The notes: generated by a model not told the origin, from the sequence alone. A DNA stretch of 64,000 nucleotides from Squalus acanthias (GCA_030390025.1 CM059433.1:111290001-111354000), one strand, 5' to 3'. Positions 11,897 to 25,013 are shown, counted from the stretch's first letter. A program made the numbers and translations.

Positions 11897-14800
11897 GGGC
11901 TCAATTTTAATAGCCCTGAGGAGGCGAGTTTGGAGGCGGGTCTGCAACGAAAATCGGAAAAAATGGCTTCAGACACCCAACCCACCCCCATCCTGCCCCC
12001 ACACGATTTTCGTGAGTGTCTGTTCAGCCGCTCCCAAACTGACCCGACTGGAACCGGTGGGACAGGTAGTTCAGTCAGTTAACAGCCTGTTAACTGCCTT
12101 GCTAATCCTATTTTCAGAGTGGTTTCCCATTTTCATGCTTCTGGCTCCTGTTTCCCGACTTGTCAGAAACAGGCCAGGTTCAAGGGGATGAGTTACTGGA
12201 GGACATGATTTGTAGTCATTGGTGCAGCACTTTAAAAGCACCCCTGAAACATGGCTGACATTCAAATGCAACAACTTTGCTGTTGTAGGAATGGGATAAG
12301 ATTTTGCACATCTACTGACCTTGTGACTGTTCAAGCTGACACCCATCTGCAGTGTGACATGAATGGAATAATTTCAGGCCACTTTGACTGTGCGCTTGCA
12401 AGCTTGATGCCTCAAATGAAATCTATAGCAAGGGGATGGGAAAAATTTATGCCCTCTCATCCTGGTCCTCATAATCGGAGGAGTAGCAGCCACGTGGCTC
12501 AGCGCAGATCTTCCTGGGAAGAGGAGTAGGAAGAGGACGAGGGGTGCCTTGCATGCCTTGTTGTAACCAATGCAGCATCCATCCAGTTCACTGCTGCCCA
12601 TCAAGCAAGGTATGCACACTGCCATGCCACATTAGCATACCATATGGCTCTGTAATTGCAGGCGACACTTTTCCAACATCATGCATCATCTCTGCTATAC
12701 CCTGTTATTTCCTATCACTTTTACCATCAGCATTACAAAAGCAAATCGCCCTGAGCCCTCAATGCACTTTTGCCATTTCCCATAACACATAGGCCACACA
12801 ATCAACTGTTTGACATAATTTTTCTTTTACACATCACAAAAGGATAATAAACCAGCAACAGTCAGAAAAAAAAGATAAATCACCCAAGTGACTCCCCTTG
12901 TGACTATAGGTGCTTAATCTTTCTCTTACACGTGCTTCTACGTGGTGCTTCCCCTGTGGCTTCAGCAGATGTAGAGCACCTTGCTGACTAGGATGCTGCG
13001 CCTGCTTAGATGACTTTGGCAGGTATCCTCTGGGTTTGGTAGCCTGGAAGTGCTCTTCAGCAGTCTGCTCTTCCTGCGGCTGTGCAGGGGCTGAAACGGC
13101 CATCTCAGTTGTCTCCGCAAAGTGGGTCTCTGACCCAGGGCTCCGCGCATGGTCGTGTGAGCGCTTTGAGAGGAGCCTACACTTCCTTCTGTCCTGCCAA
13201 CAACATCCCTCTCATGGGTCATCTGCACCTCAGTGCTGGCAAGTGGCTGGAGAGCACCTTGCTGCACTTCAGGGGGACCATGAGGACCCGTACCTGCACT
13301 GGCAGTCCTCATAACAAGGACATCCATGAAGCTCTGGTCTCTCTGCTCAATAGCTGCCTATCACTCCTCCAGAGATGACATTCTATTTTGAACAGTCACC
13401 ATGTTTTCCTGACTCTGGCGACTTATTTCCTCCATGGCCATAGCCATCCTTTCCACTGAGATAGCCAGCCTTTCCACGGAGGTTGCCATCCTATCCATGG
13501 TGGTGCGTTCATGCGCCATTGCGTCCATCACGACAGTGCTGATGTTAGAGATGGACTCCTCCATTCTCTCCACACTCGCACTAACCCTGGATGCAAACCC
13601 TTCCAGAGACACCTGCACTTGTTCCTGTATTTCACGAAACGCTCTTTTTCTGGATGGCCCCAGAGGCACAGCATCTGCATGCAGCTCAGCAGAGCTAGGA
13701 GATTGCTGCGACCTCCGCAGAGGACTCTCCACTGCTGTCGCTGTCTCCACCATCTGCTGATGCTCACTTGTGCGCTGTGATAGACCAGGTGGCAACACTA
13801 CTCTAACTCATGATGGCCCCACCGAGGTGAGCGTTGCTGCGCTGGTGCTGGGTGCGCTGAGTCCTGATGACGCTGCTCCCTCAGAGGCTTCAGGTTCCTC
13901 TGAGGAGATGTCCGGCTCTTTGTCCTGGATTGTGGGGAGGGGGTGCACTCGATGGTCCTGTGGAAGAGTAAAGGCATGATTTAGACATGTGATATTGATG
14001 TAGCTGACACATCCTTTTGAGCAGATGATACAATGCGATTCTCTATGAGCATCATATTCCATTGCTTTCTGAGAGGGATGAAACTCTATTATGTCACCAG
14101 CTTCCTCTAGTGTGCCCGTCTCTCCATCGCCCACTTCCAGGTCCTCGCCACTGCCAACAATCTCGTTTGCAGCCTCCTCAGCACTGGTCAATGTTGCTAG
14201 GGTAGGTGTTCCTCCTCCAGTCATTGCTCTCCCCCTCTTATTGTGGGCTATCTTTTCCTGCAAGGAGGGACACAAGTGGTGTTTCAGCCACAGTGATGGA
14301 GTGAGGGTCAATAATCCCTACCATAGAAGCTTTGAGGGAGATGAAGATGGGATAAGGTGCCAAGAGGAAGGTATCTCCCTGTGCGTTGTTAATTGTTGTC
14401 ACTACATGACAGTGAGAGCGAGTCTAAGGGGTGCATAGGCAGGATGCTGAAGTGATTCAGTGCAGAGACAGAGATGGATAGGTAAGGGTGCAAGGGAAGT
14501 AAGAGTAAAGTGGGATGTGAAGGAGGAGGTTTACAACGCAGAGTGCTGGTGATGAGAAGAGAAGGGAAGCAGATTGAAGGCAAGTGAGATGGGATACTCA
14601 CTTTTGATGTGCACACAAGATCATTAAACCTTTTTCGGCACTGGATCCATGAGCGTGCATATATGGACCTTGCGCTGACCTCCTGAGCAATGCACAGCCT
14701 TGGTCTGCTGAGGAGGCTTCCTCCGGCCATCAGGAGGGAAGACAATCTCCCTGCGCCCTCTGACAGCATCCACAAGAGCATGGAGGGAGTCATCATTAAA

Positions 14801-15104
14801 ACGAGGAGCTGCCTTGCCTCTGGAAGAAGTCATTGCATCAAAATCAATTTCAATGAGTCCAGGAATCCACAAGAAAAAGGCTCAGGCTGAATGGCAGCTT
14901 TAAAAGGAGCTGCTATTATGACATCATCAGAGGTGGCCAGCCGACCCGATCCCACTCATTGGACCGGCCAGCGCGCCTCCTTGAAATGAACGAGCTCATT
15001 GAATCAAAATCGGACATCAGCAGCTGATCCCACCGGAAGCGGCTCCGGAACCCGCCTACCACGCAAACCGACTCCAACCCGCCTCAGGAATTAAAATCGA
15101 GCCC
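11897..15104. mobile_element. non-autonomous Harbinger element (3.2 kb) with Myb gene and deleted transposase
   Basis: TIRs GGGCTCAATTTTAAT / ATTAAAATCGAGCCC; flanks TTG/GTG; only the 5' and acidic 3' ends of the transposase appear to remain (about 12350-12560). Confidence 0.88.
12880..14833 (-). pseudogene. Harbinger Myb/SANT-like (trihelix) DNA-binding gene, 3 exons: 14833-14602, 14257-14098, 13957-~12880
   Basis: MTSSRGKAAPRFNDDSLHALVDAV..WIQCRKRFNDL; GT-AG introns; coiled-coil heptads (SVERLAISVERMA); frameshifts present. Confidence 0.85.
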
Positions 15105-16339
15105 GTGGTGTGGGTTACATAGAAACATGGTAAGTGTTTATTGGTGATTATTTACCTAGCTTAACACTTGCAGGACACTCATGCATCCTTGGTTACGGTT
15201 TAAAACTTATGGATCGACTTGCTCCCTGTTGTCCCCTGTTGTTTTATATCCTACCATCCAGACACAGGGCTCAGCTTGATGCACTGTTGATGATTTGACA
15301 GGAATTGCACGGTTAGAGTGCGACTTGAAACCCACAAGCATTTGACAACCTAGACTAAAATTGTGCTTGATGTCTTAAAAACAGTTGCACCATTGTAGCT
15401 ACTTTTTGTAGAGGTCAGTTGTCCAAGAAAGTAGATAATGTCTAAGAGACGGATGAGTGACCCTGATGCTATCTCAGACTAATGAGGTTCTAGCTCAGGC
15501 AACCCAAGTGTGATGGATGGGACATGACCACCAGTTAAAACAGCCTCCTCCAAATAATCTGTGCTCACAGTATTGCTACCTGCGACACAACAGCTCAGGC
15601 ACACTGAAATGATTTGTAATATCACCATGGCACTTTAAACACCCCGGAACACCTAACACAGTCTAGAAATATAACACAAAAGGATTAAGTGTATAAAAGT
15701 ACATTTTAAATAGTGACAAATTAAGAAAAATCTATTTAAATGGCACAAAAATTGGATGATAGCAACAAAAATCTAATAGCAGCAACACTTTAATTAGGCA
15801 AAATATAAGTATGGTAAAGTAATTACGGAAAAATTCAAATAAATCATCAAAATATTGAATTTCCTCGGAGCACAAAATCTGGATTTCCGCCGCACTTTCG
15901 ATGAGGTTATGGTGGTAGAGCAGGAGCAGCGCTGAGGAACTTCCGAGCCACTGAATAACTACAGTCATTTCTCTGTACCATATTAAATTTTCAAAGCATT
16001 TTGCATCATTTTTATTTTCCTAATCATAGATTTCACAAGTGAGAAAGAAGTCACGAGTGAGTTATTGTTGGCGTGGCGCCGGAAAATAAAAATCAGACCA
16101 CACGGAACTCTACAAATTATTCTTTTTACATTATTAATGATAAGTTTCATCAAAAAAATGGATTTCTTTGTGAGAAGCTGTATGCAAACTGGCTTTTAAT
16201 AACACGATTACTTCATTGTATGGTGATTTAAGGGTACATTTTGCAAGGCTCCAGTTCAGGCATGGAGTCTCACTTGATGGGACTGAGGATCAGTGAACCA
16301 GGCATGGAAGTTGGCAGGTTCAATTTTCCGGTCACTATG

Positions 16340-16497
16340 TAAGATTACATAGGATATACAGCACAGAAACAGGCCATTCGGCCCAACCAGTTCATGCCGG
16401 CATTTATGCTCCACTCGAGCCTCCTCCCGTCTTTCCTCATCTAACTCTATCAGCATAACCCTCTATTCCCTTCTCCCTCATATGCTTATCTAACCTA
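16340..16497 (-). mobile_element. short CR1 3' tail
   Basis: ACAGCACAGAAACAGGCCATTCGGCCCAAC is a typical reverse CR1 3' end. Confidence 0.65.
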
Positions 16498-17829
16498 ATG
16501 ACCTCGCTGACCATGCTTCTGTTGAGGGAGACTCTACAAGTGGTGCCTTACTATGCTTTGATTTTTATTTCCTATTATTAAGGAAAAACTAGTTTCAGTT
16601 CCTCCATTCATTGCAATAATTAACAGAACATTTGCTTTGTTAGTGTATCTTCTTTACATGATGCCAACACTCTTTGTATGACGCGAAGAAACAGAATTTC
16701 GCCACAGGTTATAAAGCATTATTTTCTCTGTGCAAAGGAAAGAAAAAGACTTTGCCGCTCAGATTAAAACCTCAGTGTGGTGAACTTTTCGCCTGAACCT
16801 TGGGATTGGTGCAAGGGTGTCAAAAAGGTTAAATATATCTCCAAATATTGAACGCCACGTTATTAATTTGAAAGAAAATGCCATTGATTGATGTGCAAAG
16901 ATCCTTGTTCTATAGGGTTTATTTGTTGCTATCGTTGGCTTCTGACGCTAATGTTAATGCAAATCCCTTTAGTTTTAATGCAAGAAGCTTTTGTCCCAGT
17001 ACATTAGAGGGAAATTTGTCCCATTAGGTAAATGATAACATGTGGGCATTCAGTACACAAAAGAATGCCGAAAACCATGCCCGTCATCTGTAGCCTGTTA
17101 CATTTAGCACTTTAAATACATGGCTGCCTTTTGAATATCGTCATTGACAATCTGTTATTTCACAGTTTTCCAGTTTTATTAAACAAATGACAGAGAGAAA
17201 TTCCCACTGGGCATGTTTCGTACAGCCCATTACAATTTTCATTAAGGGTTTTAACATTATTCATCGAAATAGCACCCAGCCTGCAATCCTCCCCATGGTC
17301 ACTATGAGATTTGTGGCACGTCATAAAGCTTGAATAGTGCGGTGTGAGTTTTCTGCATACTGTTGTGATGGTTACTGCATATTCTGCTGTGTTAGCTCAC
17401 TGATGTATTCAACAATGTGCACAGTTCAGTGAAATAAAATGCAGTGGAATTGGTAACCTGAACTTCTCAGAGAATGTGATATATGGATTATTGTGTAGTT
17501 TGAAAATCTGCATTACAAACAATCAGTCTACCTCAATTGACTCTGCTTGGTTTATGTTACAGAGAGGTTTAGTAATACAGTCAGAGGCCAGCTGGTGTTA
17601 GGAAATTCATCCAGTTTGTATTACATATTGGTGGATTCCGTAGCACTGGAATGACACAAAATCAACTGTCAAACCAGCCCATTTCTGGCTGCTTTTTAAG
17701 TCACAGTTCAAGACTTATTCTGGCCGCCATATCTTCCCTACTGGTTCAGCAAAGGCTGATCAGGCCAGCAAGCCGCATCATTGCTCGATGTGGATGAGGT
17801 AAATCTCTCAGGCCAGTAGCAACATTAAT

Positions 17830-18158
17830 ACTCCCTGAGATATCTGCACTCCTCTAATTCTGCCCCCTTGAGCATCCCTGATTATAATCGTTCAACCTTT
17901 GGTGGTCGTGCCTTCTGTTGCCTAGGCCCTAAGCTCTGGAATTCCCTCCCTAAACCTCTCCGCCTCACTACCTCTCTTTCCTCCTTTAAGACGATCCTTA
18001 AAACCTATCTCTTTGACCAAGCTTTTGGTCACCTGCCCTAATTTATCCTTATGTGGCTCGGTGTCAAATTTTTTGTCTTACAATACTCCTGTGCAGTGCC
18101 TTGGGACGTTTTACTACGTTAAAGGCGCTATATAAATACAAGTTATTGCTGTTGTTGT
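17830..18158 (+). mobile_element. L2 LINE 3' end
   Basis: GGTGGTCGTGCCTTC..CTCTGGAATTCCCTCCC..AAAACCTATCTCTTTGACC, ending TATATAAATACAAGTT..(GTT)n. Confidence 0.8.
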
Positions 18159-18159
18159 T

Positions 18160-18272
18160 AGAAACATAGAAACTAGGAGCAGGAGTAGGCCATTCGGCCC
18201 GTCGAGCCTGCTCCACCATTCAATACGATCATGGCTGATCATCCAAATCCAGTACCCTATCCCTGCTTCCTC
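18160..18272 (-). mobile_element. short CR1 3' tail
   Basis: AGAAACATAGAAA..GGAGTAGGCCATTCGGCCC..ATCATGGCTGATC. Confidence 0.75.
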
Positions 18273-18273
18273 A

Positions 18274-18603
18274 CACAGAATCCCCATCGAGCCTGCACCG
18301 ACACATATCCCACCCTATCCCCGTAACCCCACGTATTTAATTCCCCCTAACATATCCCATCCTATCCCCATAACCCCACATATTTAATCCCCCCCTAACA
18401 CTAAGGGTCAATTTATCATAGCCAAATCAACCTAACCCGCACATTTTTGGACTGTGGGAGGAAACCGGAGCACCCGGAGGAAACCCACGCAGACACGGGG
18501 AGAATGTGCAAACTCCACACAGACAGTCACCCGAGGCCAGATTCGAATCCGGGTCCCTGGCGCTGTGAGGCACCAGTGCTAACCACTATGCCACCGTGTT
18601 GTC
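18274..18603 (-). mobile_element. HE1-like V-SINE with internal ~47-bp tandem duplication
   Basis: Reverse complement of 10022-10335; 18304-18350 is repeated at 18351-18398. Confidence 0.9.
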
Positions 18604-18991
18604 AGGAGTATGAGTGCCACCACTTTAGATGGGTCTGAGTGACTGCTGAGACTGGATCTACATTTACCCCACAGTGCCACTGGTGAACCCGGGTGGCTGA
18701 TGGTGGTGGTCATGTAAGGTAAATGCTGTGTTAGTGTGAAATCTTCTGCATAGGTTGCAGCAGCGCAAAAATCACGGCCCTTAATTTACACTCACAAGTT
18801 TTGGATGAGTTTATGTCGGGTTTAAGATGGGAGGCTGGCTAGAGGAACACTAGTAAGATTGAAGCCAGTCTTTTTGGATGCTGCTAAAACAGTCTGTATG
18901 TTCGCACCTGGCTCTCTTACTGACAGCTCACCCAGACTGAGACTGGTAGTGTGTAATCTCTGTGTCGTGCTTGACTCTGTGCTGAGTTACA

Positions 18992-20743
18992 GGGCTAGAA
19001 ATTCATGTACTTACCACCACTCCATAGCGCCATGAAATGCCGATAAAATGGCGGCTCTTTCGCCAGCTGGTGGTGGGTCCCGCGGTGGCCGCCATTTTCC
19101 TCCCTCCCTTTGCGCTGCTTGTAACTGGCAGCGCCCTGTAAAAAAAATGGCAGCATGGTGACGTCAATCGGTGTGCAAAGTCGACTTAACATCACCAACG
19201 TGAACTTCGACCCTAGCACTGAATTCAGTGCTGGGTCCCAAGCACTCCAGGTTAACCTGGCATGCAAGCAGGCTGGCAGATGCTGACAGGGGCGATGGCT
19301 GCAGCTCAAAAAGGGACACACACATCATTCAGGTAAGTTTGAATTTAAGGGTTTGGACTGGGTTTGTTTGATTTTATTGAAGTGGTGGCTTGCTGCAATA
19401 TATGTGAAAAGTTTTTTAAGTGTGTAGGGCGTACTGCTGGACACTTGCAAGGGCTCAGATGGTAAATGAAGCTCTTTGAGAAGACAGAACATGCTGTGAA
19501 TACTCAGCAGGCCACGCAACATCTGTGGAGAGAAAAACAGAGTTCACGTCTCAGGTTGACATGCTGCCTGACCAACTGCGTATTTCCAGCATTTTATGCT
19601 GTAATTTCACGTTCACAACATCCGCTTGCAGAGGGAAGCGGAAGACACAGAAGAGGAAGTCGCAGAAGAGGAGGAAGCTAAAGAGGAGGAATCAGATGGA
19701 AGGATGCATCCCAGAGAGCCCCTTTGTGGCCGGGATATCTGGGATGGAATCATCTGCCTGTGGTCCCATTGCCTGGGCAGGCTGTCTCTTCTTGTTGACC
19801 CACTGGCTGGGCAGGCTGCATTTCTTGGGTGTGTGAAATGAAGAAGGCACAAGGGTGGAGTTGTGCTGATGGGAGTGCGGGAAAACAAGAGGTGCATGCC
19901 AGAAGGAGGATAACATATGAGGATACCAGCATCTTGTATCCTTTCAGCCCCGCCGCTGGCCAAGGGCTCAACCATGCCTTTGCCAAGAATGACCTGCACC
20001 GTCTCCTCCAAGGGGGTGAGGTGAGGCTAGGAATGGGAGGTGTGCCTTGTCATTGGTGCAGATTCTTGGTAGGTGAATGATTGGGGGTCCTGCATTGAGC
20101 AGTGTGTGAGGCTAGTGGTGCAGTTGGTAGGAGACAGCTTTTGAAGATGCATTCGCTGACCTTGACCAGGTCATGAGGTCATGAAGCTTCTTTGGGCACT
20201 GGAACCAGGTGGTGGGGGCGACACCCTGGCAGTGACAGCCTTAGTGATGTACTCCCACATTGTTCTTTCTGGAGGGCCTTGCAGTATTGACCTCCCTACA
20301 TAAAGCTAGAGTGCTGCGTGTCAGACCCTCAGTGCCCCTTCCCTGGCTTGCTGAGCCATTTGTGTTAGTGCTGAGGTAGTTTTCCCATTTGTTGAGGTTA
20401 GGAAGGTAATTCAGCTTTAACAGCTGAATAGTCACATTGGAACTTCCTTTAAATATTGAATATTTCTTAAAAGGCAGAAAGGGCTGAAAAATGTATTGAT
20501 TCACTGCATTTTATTTTGTATTGCTTCAGTGTGCATGGCCCCTTTAATTCTCAGACCACCTCGTTACCCACAATTCCTTGCGAGCTCCACAGCTTTGCTC
20601 ACAGAGGCTGTGGGAAGCTGCAACACTGGACCTGGACAGGAACTTCATCCCAGATCCCTCCAGCAATGCCACCAGGACGGCGTTGCACAGAAGGTGAGCA
20701 CTGCGCCACCTATCTCCATGCCCCCCAGACCAATTTCACTCGG
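18992..20743. mobile_element. non-autonomous Harbinger derivative carrying a Penelope-terminal hairpin and Myb remnants
   Basis: Left TIR GGGCTAGAAATT; homologous to 36673-37500; acidic transposase tail at 19630-19740; minus-strand Myb exon remnants at 19980-20350; right end decayed. Confidence 0.7.
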
Positions 20744-20979
20744 TTAGCACTGTGGCCATTTCCAGCAGCCGTTAACTGCAGTTGCCAGTGACACCGGCGA
20801 CTTTGTTGGTGAACATCAATTTTATCCCCTCAAAGTCCACATACTAGCCACCACCAAGGCTGACTATGTCCATCTTTGCAACATCACTTCCTTACCTCAT
20901 CTCCACTGCTGCAGAAATGCTTATCAATACCGTTGTCACCTCCACAAAATATGCCCTTCACAAAGTGTAGCTCATTCAG

Positions 20980-21438
20980 AAAAAGAAGAAAGACTTGCAT
21001 TTATGTACACCTTTCACCTCAGGATGTCCCAAAGCACTTTACAGCCAATAAAGTACTTTTGAAGTGGAGTAACTATTGTAATGTAGGAAACATGGCAGCC
21101 AATTTGTGCACAGCAAGGTCCTATAAACAGCAATGTGATAATGGCAAGATCATCTGTTTTAGGTGTTGATTGAGGGATAAATATTGGCCAAGACACCGGG
21201 AAGAACTCCCATGCTCTTCTTCAAAATAGCACCATGGGATTTTTACATCCACCTGAGGGGGCAGACTCAGTTTATCATCTCATCCAAAAGGTGGCATCTC
21301 CGACAGTGCAGCACTTCCTCAGTACTGCACTAGAGTATCAGCTGCGATTTTGTCCTCAAGTCCCATGGAGTGGGACTTGAACCCACAACCTTTGTGATTC
21401 AGGGGTGAGAGTGCTATCGCTGAGCCACAGCTGACACC
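20980..21438 (-). mobile_element. SacSINE1-like DeuSINE
   Basis: Reverse complement of 29548-30012. Confidence 0.88.
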
Positions 21439-21439
21439 T

Positions 21440-21735
21440 AAAGCTCTGCTGCCTGCATCGTATCCAATCGCTCCTCTTCTGACTCTGGCTTCCTTTGCAC
21501 CTAGCCTTCAGCCATTTCAAACTCGCAGTCTGGAAAGTTCTCCCTGGACCCCACAACCTTGCTATCTCTCTCCCTTCCTTCAAAACACTCTTGAATATCT
21601 ACCCCTTTCAATGTGCCTTTGATTGCCACCCCAATCCTTCTACCACCACAGCTCAATGTCGGGTGATATTTACCTCTGTGAAACCTATGGGATAGTTTAC
21701 TCTGTTAAATACACTGTATAAGTACAATTGTTGTT
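21440..21735 (+). mobile_element. decayed L2 3' end
   Basis: GCCTTCAGCC..TCTGGAA..CTCCC..CCTTCAAAAC and a TATAAGTACAATTGTTGTT tail. Confidence 0.6.
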
Positions 21736-22883
21736 ACTGTATGAAATTGGACTAATAAGGAGTATCTCCTATTCCATGCAATTGCTGATGACAAATTGAA
21801 AATAATCTTACATTTTTGTATTTATATTGATCTTCAGCGTTATAAATTCATGCTCCTTGTGTCAACCATTCATGTAACAAGTTAGTATTTGAGTCAAAGT
21901 AGCTGTAGGGAATTTTCAAGATGGCCACTGAGCTCTTCAGAAGAGAGATGAAAAGGGAACAGTAGCTCATGTGAATTAACGGGCAATACTAAAACCATAC
22001 CCACTGTGTTTGTAATCGCTCTCATTAAAATTCAATAAAAAGTAAATTATACCTTATTTAATATTAAAATTATTTAATTACAAGACCATACACACATTTT
22101 ATAAATAGAATATGCGGTGGAGGGCAATGAAATATGAATTTAATTCCCACTTATGAGACAGACCATAACTCACTATGACTATGCTGCTCGTGAGTTATCA
22201 ACTCTGCTTCGCTTGTGGAAAGAAAATTTAGCTTTCATCACCCTCGACCCCTCAACCTTCCTGCCTCTCTCCCTTGAAAACCTACCCCTTTCAATGTGCC
22301 TCTGATTGTCACCCCAATCCTTCTACCACCTCAGGTCAATGTCTGGTGATTTTATTTTCCCACTGCAGCCCATGTATGTGAGGTAACACAACCACTCCTT
22401 CCCCAGTTGACCTCAGCTTATTCAATACTTTCCTGATTCTGAACCTGAGACCTTCCTGATCTCAATGACAACATCATGTTGTACAATAATCTGTTGAGCC
22501 ACTGGGGAAAACCAGAGCAAGTTTTAAAATTAATCTCAGTGAGATATCTTGTATCATATTTTACTGGGTTTATAAACAGAGGTGCGCAAAAAGAAAAGAA
22601 TAATTTAATGACTATTCAAATGAAACTGAATCTGCGTGAAATCCAGGTCACAACCTGAATGGCAATTCTATAATCTACCTTTGACTTTTCCAGGAATCCA
22701 TGAAATTATGAGCGTGAGCCTTTAACATTGTCAGCTGGTTAATTATCCTGTAAGTTAATTTACCAGGTTAGTAAAATAGAGGAATGCAAAATGACATGAT
22801 TGACAGCATGGTTTCAGGTTCCTGGATATTTAAGGGGAGATTTATTTCTTCTGTCAATGGTTAAAAAATATCTTAAAGATATA

Positions 22884-23771
22884 GGGGGGAAAATTCAGTT
22901 GGTTGCGCCTCCCGTTAGCGCCTTAAGAGGGCGCTAATGGGGCGCAAAGCATCTAGCGCCCGGGCGCGGCGTAGTTTGCGCCGCTCGCGAAATTAACTAG
23001 ACATTTTGCGGCGGCGCTAAACACTACCGCCACGATCTCCTGCGCCAGCAGATCGTGACGTCAGTCGAGTGCGCAACGCCCCGGTATCACCCCGGAGCGG
23101 ATATTGAGTGGCGCCCCCTGCCTTAATGCCTGACGCTAGCAACAATAGGTTGAGGGGAGCGTTCTGCAGTCATGAAGGGAAAGGGGGAGCGCTATTTAAA
23201 GGTGACCGCTTCCTGCCTTTTATTGTTGGTGCCATTTTTGAACTACGCATTCTGAGAGAGAGAGACTTCTGGAGAGATTCAACTTTGTGTGAAGGAGTTT
23301 TGGGTACTGAGCAGCACTTTGCAGGTTCATTTTGATTTGCCATTCCTTGTATCGATTTAGAAGAGACTGTGGGAGCTGCACTCTGAGCTCTTTGCCTGGT
23401 ACTCTCCATTGTTCTTTCCAGCAGATTTGATGTTCAGGTCTCTCCAGGCCGAGATTCAAGGCTGCAATGAGCAGGATGTGGATGGAAAGCAAGATTAACA
23501 ATCCCCTTTAAGAACTGGCCCGGGGCCATTGTGTGTGTGTTCCATTGCTGACTGACATTACATGAGCTTCGCCAGCGCTCTGAGGTAGCGCCTCGCTCCT
23601 CGTCCTTTGCGCCTTAAGACAGGTGTGAAGTGCCTGATTTAGCGCTCCAATCACCTCCCGGGGCGATAAAAGTCAAGTTTGCAGTCGATGGCGATAATTA
23701 GCGCCAGGCGCTAATCTTTGCGCCCGGCTGATAATTGCGCCCCAAATGGGGCGATACTGGATTTCTCCCCC
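22884..23771. mobile_element. Harbinger MITE
   Basis: TIRs GGGGGGAAAATTCAG / CTGGATTTCTCCCCC, 3-bp TSD ATA; subtermini related to 32078-36104. Confidence 0.85.
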
Positions 23772-24454
23772 ATATAAACCAAGAGGTTGCCTTGAATATG
23801 CAGATGTACCATCTATTTATGGCTGTTCTTGGCTCTGCCAGAAATTCAGCCTGGAAACCTCCCATTGAGGTAATAACATGAAAAAAGTAAAGGATGAGAG
23901 AAAAAAAACAGCTGGTTCATTGAAGTTCATCCCTCTACCCTAATTCTCTCAAAAAAGCACCCAGATACATTTTGAACATCTTTTTGTCTACACTAGTCTC
24001 ACTTTAAAATCATATCCGTAATTGTGCAACATTTTTTGTTGAACTGATCAGAGGCAGCGACCGAAGTCTTGGGCCACGTAAGCAACACAAAATGAATGGA
24101 CATGGACAGAAAATGGGGCAGGATCCCATTACACTGAGTCTCCACCCGTTTTTCACCGATTTTGGTGGTAGCATATTATGATGGCATGAAAATGAGGGAA
24201 ATCAGATTAATTCCTGCCATTTGCACTCTAGCAACGCTGGGTACATGGATGTCCTTGGCATTGCTAAAGTCCCTAAGGGCATTGGGGGCATTTAAAGCTG
24301 AATAAATTGGTTTTCTGAAAGCAATCAGTTGCAAAATGATCTATTGCTGTCGAGAAAGCAGTCTCCAGTGAAAGCCATAGAAATTTTGAGTCTTTTTTAA
24401 AATTTAGCTCCCCTTGTCCTTGGACCTATTTACGTTGCAGCAAGTTACCACCTG

Positions 24455-24520
24455 AATCATGCCCAAGAAGGCAGAGCAGTGCCAAAAGAAGTTTAATGAC
24501 CTGACCAGAGCAGGGAAGGT
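24455..24520 (+). pseudogene. Harbinger Myb exon-1 3' remnant
   Basis: RAEQCQKKFNDLTRAGK followed by a GT donor at the conserved intron position. Confidence 0.6.
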
Positions 24521-25013
24521 ACTCATGATGCCTTACCTTTCTTCCCACATCCAATGGGGTTTCCACACTCAGGCGGAAAAGCTGATTAGTGACTTGTTGG
24601 AAATGACCCCTCTCCCTCCGAAACACAGATGAGTAGCTCCTTCAATTACTCCACACATTTAAAGCACAAGTCTAAACTTTTCCATTCTTGTCTTGAAGGG
24701 ATAATTACTAGTCCTAGCCCTTTTTGGGCTACCCCAGATCAGGCGTATTCCCCAGACGTTCACCTTCAACTAAAGTTAGAGATAGCCAAATCCTAGAGAT
24801 GCTTAATTGGGTCTAAAAGTCCAGGCTCTCTCTCCCTAAAGGAAAGGAATGACTTGAAGATGTTACCGTCCTCCAGATAGCACTTTTAATAAGTTTAACT
24901 AGACTGTAATCTTCCGGATATTATGAGGGTCCAGAAAACTCCCCCAGAATTCTGCAACTCCTCACAAAAGGGTGTACAGAAATTGAGTTTGCGAGTTTGA
25001 TACAGAAATACTA

